A stretch of DNA of 64,000 bases, from contig OZ024747.1 of the NCBI GenBank assembly GCA_964016885.1, forward strand, positions 38,936,001-39,000,000, given 5' to 3'. The notes below the pieces were generated by a model that did not search any database, had not been told where the DNA came from, and was given only the letters and a program-made list of their open reading frames with translations. Shown one piece after another: positions 57,298-64,000 of the stretch. The position numbers and the translations under genes are program-made. Each line of letters starts with the position of its first letter. Position 1 is the first letter of the stretch. Origin of the DNA: Eledone cirrhosa. Its lineage: Eukaryota.

Positions 57298-57520
57298 AAT
57301 GATATTAAATGAATGGAAACTATATTTATAAAACCATATTTATAGTGACTATCCACTGAATTTCCAACAGATAAGGTATGATTTTCATGGGTATGTCTGC
57401 ATTTATAAAAACTTTGTATTTTATCTGATGAAATCGTACCAATGTTGTCTTGGTACCCTTCAAATATATATAATAAAATAAATATGGTTTCATAAATATA
57501 GTTTCCATTTCTGTAATATC

Positions 57521-57523
<3 letters not shown>
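57298..57523 (+). mobile_element. Small fold-back element with an inactivated HHR (57417-57480)
   Basis: ~45-bp inverted ends; tattttat-CTGATGA-..gtaccaa/ttggtac..-CAAA-tatata-TA-ataaaata. Confidence 0.65.
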
Positions 57524-57569
<46 letters not shown>

Positions 57570-57823
57570 AATACTCATTCACATATACAGAGGTACCTTC
57601 TTTTCACAGCATAGAGTGTGTATATGTAGTATGATGCAACGAAGTTTATTGTAAATCAAATTCACAAATAATTGGGTCGAAATCATCTACAATATGATAC
57701 AACAAATTTCAACACCGATTTCCTGCTTCAGTATGTAAAACATATTAACGTTCGAGATACAATAAATACTTTCAATTGGAACTTCGTTGTATCATACTTC
57801 ATATGTCTCTCTCTCTCTTTCCC

Positions 57824-57861
<38 letters not shown>

Positions 57862-58421
57862 CATCATTAGTACACTAAAAGTATTTTTTAATGCCGTACA
57901 ATATTACAGAATATGAATAAACTTAAGATATTAAACTTCAACTAATGTGTAGACTAATGTGTAAATAGCTTTCTTTATACGCAATAAAAACTTAACTGGC
58001 AAAAAGAAAAAAAAACAAAAAAGTGATAACCGGATTATTTTCACTCATATGCCTACCCGCTTTAACTATTTACGGGTATGCTGTGCTTAAATCCATTACT
58101 ACAAAGGACGTAAAGAAATGGGATAGATTCATATGCATATATAAGGCACTTGTGACATAAGATCATGTCTGTAACAGCTGAGTCCCATTACTGTGTTATA
58201 TATCCTTTGAAACTTCAGTGAACGGCAACCTCATTTCTTTCCTGATTCTCGAATGCAGTCATGTTATATATTTCACATCATAACTTTGAAGCATGTCTTG
58301 TTTTTAATGTATGTGTAATTTTATTCTACATTATTGTAGCAACATATATTTGCATCATTATAGAGAATTCTGAAAATGAGGCATCTACTCCTGAGAAATA
58401 ATATATAATTCCAAAGAACTA

Positions 58422-58467
<46 letters not shown>

Positions 58468-58471
<4 letters not shown>

Positions 58472-59080
58472 AATTAGTATATCTACCAACACATGTATAC
58501 AGATGCATACCTATGCTAGCAAATATATATGTTTTGTCTTAGTAACTTTGTGGTTCTATGTAATTGTTCTGCATCCCCTTGCATAGAACCACAAACTTAC
58601 TAAGACAAAACATATATATTTGCTAGCATAGGTATGCATCTGTATACATATGTTGGTAGATATACTAATTCATTATATTTATCTCCAAACTATTTGTTGA
58701 GCAAAACTTGCCGAAATTACTACTATAGTTCATGGTAGTAGTTAGGCTCTTGTCTTATTACCACTCCACTCCTCACTGATTAACCTCAGTGTCACGTGAT
58801 TGATTCTTTTGAATTTGCCACTGACCAAGTAGGCAGTGAATTTTTTCAATGTCCTGGAATTTAGTCCCGGCTCGCTTTTTTCCATCCACTGAATTATTTT
58901 TATATAAGTTCCCTGTGTCCACGCATTGCCTGGGAGCTTAGCTGAGAATAGACTTCCTGATGACGTAAGGATTCTCTATGGGTGCCTTACGTAACCATAT
59001 TTATTCCCTTACAGAAACTAATTAGTTGGAGTGATATTTTAGTAAGTAAGTTGATTTTCATAATTTTCTTAGTTTACGTC

Positions 59081-59085
<5 letters not shown>
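58468..59085. mobile_element. TA-flanked insertion with a fold-back of ~93-bp arms (58470-58671) and a decayed HHR core at 58957
   Basis: Arms are near-perfect reverse complements; CTGATGA-cgtaagg...ccttac-GTAAC. Confidence 0.65.
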
Positions 59086-59167
<82 letters not shown>

Positions 59168-59534
59168 AAAGAGAGAGAGCGTGAGAGATAGTGGAAGAGA
59201 TAGAGTGGGGGGGGGTAGAGTGTGTGGGTGTTAATTCCACCACAGTTAATAAACGGCAATTGAGAATACGTGTTTCACCTAAATAGGATTTTCAACAATG
59301 AGTAGACATTTGAAATGTTGAAATTCAAACGTGAGTTCGCTACAAAAATAAGATCAGAAATCGGGTTAAATACCCTTAGAGAGAGAACATACGTAGTTAG
59401 AAACTACCCCAAATAATAAACTTCTGCATCACTTAAATTGTGGCCATAGTCTTTAAAGATAATTTACCGGATTTTTGAATGTTTTCATCAACATTATATT
59501 CTCTCCGTAAGTGGACTTTATCCGATTTTCTAAA

Positions 59535-60520
59535 TCTATAGAGAGGGGTGATGAGAGAGAGTTTTTGTAATGGACATTTAGAGGGGGAGTTTACTGGTGA
59601 TTGATTAAGACAGGTGGATAGGAAAATATGTTTGGATGGTAGATATGGAGACGAGGAGAGTTTAGTGTTAATTGTTATAGAGAGGGAGATAGTGAGTGTT
59701 GTATGGTAAATAAAGAGAGGGGGAGAGTTTGGTTGTCATTAGTATAGAGAGGGGGATTGGAAGAAAGTTCCGTGTAGTAAATACAGAGAGGGGGAGAGTT
59801 TGGTGTTAGTATATATAGAGAGGGGGACAGGAAGAGAGTTCCGTGTAGCAGGGGGAGAGTTTGGTGGTATTTGATATAGGGAGGTCTATTGTGAGTGATC
59901 CGTGTAATAGATAGAGAGAGGATAGTTTGGTCGTTATTGGTATTAAGAGGGGATTAAGGGAGATAAATGTAGATAGATAGAGAGAGGGGGATAACAGAGA
60001 CAGTGACATGCTAGATATAGCGAGCGGGAGTGTTTGGCGGTAATGGATATAGACAAGGGAATTGGGAGAGAGTGTGGTATGGTAGATATATAGAGTAGGA
60101 GAGTGTAGTGGGGATTTATATAGAGGGGGATGGGAGAGATATATATTGATATAGCGAGGGGGAGAGATTGGTGGCAACAGATTGAGTGAGAGGGATTGGG
60201 AGAGAATGTTGTATATTAGAGAGTTGTCTGGTGATGGATAGAGTGAGATGGATTGAAAAACAGTGTCGTATGGTAGATATAGAGAGCGGGAGAGTTTAGT
60301 GGTAATTGATATAGAGAGAGGTACTGGAAGAAAGGTCCGAGTAGTAGCTATAGAGAGCGGAAAGAATTGGTGTTCATTGATATAGAGTGAGGGATCGGAA
60401 GAGAGTTCCGTGTAGTAGATATAGAGAAGGGGAGAGATTGTAGTGATGGTTAGAGATGGAATGAGAGAGAGTGTTGTATAGTAGATATAGAGCGGGGGAG
60501 AGGTGGTAATTGATATTGAG
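59535..60520. repeat. Degenerate purine-rich minisatellite
   Basis: Recurring gatatagagagggggagagtttggtg / gaagagagttccgtgtagtag units. Confidence 0.8.
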
Positions 60521-60521
60521 A

Positions 60522-60690
60522 TTTGCTTAAATAATGGTTTCTTATATAGGCACAAGGCCAGAAACTTTGGGGGAGGGGAAAGTCGGTTAAATTGACTCCA
60601 GAACGGGACTGGTATTTTATTTTATCGACTCCGTAAGAATGAAAGGCAAAGTTAAACTCGGCGGGTTTTGAACTCATACATTTGCTTAAA
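60522..60690 (-). mobile_element. 5'-truncated SINE, related subfamily
   Basis: ggcacaaggccag...tttatcgactccgtaagaatgaaaggc...ttgaactc; flanking repeat atttgcttaaataat. Confidence 0.8.
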
Positions 60691-60948
60691 TAATATGAAT
60701 GAAAACACAATACCGGAGTAGAGTTTAAATATTCATTAATTATTGCTAAGTAATGAACCTCGTTACTCTGGTGTTTCACCTGAGTATTCACAGGACCAGC
60801 AAACAAGACTGGTGATCCTTGGAATACGCAGATGAAACTTTAAAATAACAATAAGGCAAGGGAGCGGACAAAGGCGATATCACCTTTGTGCGTTCCCTTG
60901 TCGTTTCAATTTTGATTGCCTCGGGAACGTAACCTTATTATGGAAGAA

Positions 60949-61023
60949 GTTGTCAGATGAGAACATGGCAATGGGTAGGCGGAAGCACGTGGCCGCTGTC
61001 GTAATCGAAATATGTATCACAGC
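60949..61023 (+). ncRNA. Type I HHR candidate, CAGATGA (U4A) core
   Basis: gttgt-CAGATGA-ga..atggca...tgtcgt..tc-GAAA-tatgta-TC-acagc. Confidence 0.6.
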
Positions 61024-61151
61024 CTTATCAATTAAGGACTTTGACATCTGAAACTGATTGAATCGGGTTGCATCAATATCGCCGTAAGGATTTAGCACCT
61101 AAATGTGAAGCGCTTTATGGTGTAACCGATATATATGAAGTATATATATAC

Positions 61152-61182
<31 letters not shown>

Positions 61183-61345
61183 TCATGACCTTACAATCTT
61201 ACGATCATGACAGGCTGAATTGGGGCCCAGAATCCAACGAAACTTGAGTACCTGTTTATGTCACTGTTGTAATTATTTATACTAAACTCGTTCTATGGAC
61301 TGAGCGCTCTTACTCTTGGATATTTCCTCTTAATTTTTATTTCAG

Positions 61346-61379
<34 letters not shown>

Positions 61380-61487
61380 TAACAGATTAAAGTTTAATCT
61401 GTTATTTTAATAAATATTTGCTCTACGATTCTTATATATTTGATATATATTTATCCTTATCGAGCACTCTTTGGATGTTAGTCTTCA

Positions 61488-61670
61488 AGTGAATTGGCAG
61501 TAACGGTAGAGGGTTGGACACCATGCTTTCTAGCATAGTTATCTCCCTTTTCAGTCTGAGTTCAAATCCTGCCGAGGTTAACTTTGCCTTTCATCCTTAC
61601 GTGTTCGATAAAATAAAGAACCAGTAATGCACTGGGTAATTGTGGCCTTGTGCCTAAAGTAGAAACAATT
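61488..61670 (+). mobile_element. SINE copy
   Basis: Family head, central domain and tail. Confidence 0.85.
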
Positions 61671-62615
61671 ATATATATATATATATATTTATATATATTT
61701 ATATATATATATAGAGAGAGAGAGGGAGAGGGGTGGTGGAACTGGAGAGGGCCAGATGAGGGGGGGGGGGTCTACCTGCCTCCTCCTAATAATAATATTT
61801 TTCTCCAAAACTACCAAAACACTCTTCTATTTGTACATGCGCTAGAATTTATGTACATGTTATGTTTGTCGAATAAGTTTTCGGACTATTTTGAGGGTAA
61901 AGAGCTAAACTAATCACTACAACTAAATTGATTAAATTTGTCCCCCACAAATCAGAAATGCTTCTACACGTTGAATCCTTATATATGTTGGAAGAAGTAT
62001 ATTGATTCAAGAACACGGTCTAAAATCACTACATTACTTTTGAGGACTTTTCCAAAGAGACCCCAGTTGATATTACACATCAGAATAACTTTCTCTTCTC
62101 ATGCCTAGGATCTTGCAGGCCATGATACAACATATGTTTCTCCTACTCCGAGGAATTAATAATAAAAGTTACTGTATACTTACATCTGTTATACTTTACC
62201 ATCTGGTATGTAAAACATATCATATCCTCATAAAACATGACTAAATGCCTGTGATTCATTATCCTCTCATATCTCATTCCGGGGATTATACTAAAGCAAT
62301 GTGTTTCGTAAGCAACAACACTTTTTCTTGTCTGAGATACGCTGTGGAAGTGACGTTTGCTTCATCTCCATGAATGTTGGACAGAAATAAATTGTGAAAC
62401 CATAATTAATAGTTTGCTACAGTAGGCATTTTGAGTTACGCTTATGTTTTGTGAAATTTTATATAGGGGGAATTTGATAGATTTTACACATGAGAAACAC
62501 TGGCTTTCCATGCTAATACTTCAATATGTATATCCTAGTTTAGTTTTGTAATTCCAGTGTGTGAGAGAAGGAATGTGAGCAAGACAGATTAATAATTAAT
62601 TTTTCTTAGACTTAC

Positions 62616-62673
62616 CTGATTAACATCATTAACATACTTGTACATCACGACACAAATACATCAATGTAGGGAG
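62616..62673 (-). other. Candidate small exon (non-coding or 5' UTR)
   Basis: Acceptor attctattttcccag and donor CAG|gtaagt; stops in all three frames. Confidence 0.25.
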
Positions 62674-64000
62674 CTGGGAAAATAGAATATTAAAATGATT
62701 TATTAGTTTGATAATTATCCCTTCTGAATGAAAATTGCAGTATGGTGAATATCGGTGTTCATTTTATCCAGCACCAGTAATATCCTGGAATATATTTGAT
62801 GGAATATCCATTGAGGATATACTAATTAGTCGGTATGATTAGTAAAAAATATAGCAATATCGGAACAAAATATCAGATAATTAAATGAAACCCTGTCTGC
62901 ATCAATCTTTTCATGTTACATCGTTTATAACCAGATTCTCAATAAACAACTTTTCTAAACACGATAATAGAAGCAGATTTTAAATCACACCTACACCCAC
63001 CTGCACATCTACGCGTACGTACGCACGTTTACACATGCAAGTACATACCTATGTAATATCACACGTAAACCCATATACATGCACCGGTGCAACCACACTT
63101 ACAAAAGCTACACTTACACATATGTTAATGATTTACATGGTTCAAATTTTCTGGTTCAAAACTATTTAAGAGAATGCTACCGAGTAGGGCGATAAATATA
63201 TATTATCAGAAATATTTACCATACCACACATTGAACACTACCATACATACCAACCGAATTACTGTGATTAACAATGCAGTATTAACAAAATGACTCCGGA
63301 TCCCTCCTCTAATTTCGTTGAGTTAAACATGATTGATACTCAATGGGACATCCTATATATTGAATCGCATTACTATTCATGTGTTTATAAACATACATGT
63401 ATTAATTAATTTGGCTTAGTATTTTCCATACATATATATGAATGATGTTTTATATACAATTTTAATCAAATAACCATCATGTTTTAGTGTAACATGCGTA
63501 AAAAGTTTCTGTTCAAAGCCTAGGTAAAATCTCAGTAAAATTTATGAAAAATGTTATCATATTGCATCTCAGCTTTCATCTTAGATTCAGGACGATCGAC
63601 GCTTAATATATTTGATGACATAAAATAAAAATGTATTCGTTCCGTCTCGCTATCTCTTCTTTGTCTTTCTTTATTTTCTTTATTCATATATTGTTTTAAT
63701 TCAGTTTCGCAGTAGACGAATGCAAATATTGTTCGAGCAGCAGAAAACATTGCTCGTTAAGTTAATGTGCAAATGACCGAACATTCCCCAAACATGCGCC
63801 ACATTAAAGTAGTTCTCAGGGTAAGTCGGTTTGAGACAATGTATGAACAGGAAAATATTGTAGTACTATAATTGCAACGCATTCTTCAAATAAAAGGTTG
63901 CCTTTTTCATAGAAACAACTTACCACAAGGAATCAAACTCATCACGTAGAAATCGTAATCCAAACAGCGCAAACCTTGTTCCACAATACGCTACCATTGA

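Noticed and set aside
59806-60555. 249-aa ORF
   Set aside because: Open frame through a degenerate minisatellite; low complexity.

Overview
AT-rich, microsatellite-saturated animal DNA with no convincing host protein-coding gene. The tRNA-derived SINE family suggests a coleoid cephalopod such as Octopus (inference). The window contains: (i) two tandem minus-strand L1/Tx1-clade LINE copies beside GATA repeats (5.0-12.0 kb); (ii) one near-full-length and several fragmentary Penelope-like elements (PLEs; RT plus C-terminal GIY-YIG, Naiad-like) inserted in (TA)n tracts; (iii) about a dozen SINE copies; (iv) about 20 type I hammerhead ribozyme (HHR) motifs, canonical, core-variant or decayed, read by eye in PLE termini. 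Many TA-flanked insertions are large fold-back palindromes whose apex coincides with a pre-existing RNA hairpin. Two non-coding elements stand out. One is a near-perfect 310-bp HHR-bearing tandem array that inverts mid-way (35366-37384, retrozyme-like). The other is a ~250-bp TA-targeted tandem/fold-back unit with a complete tRNA-like cloverleaf and no recognisable HHR (19553-20174). All structures were read manually; no folding or database search was run.
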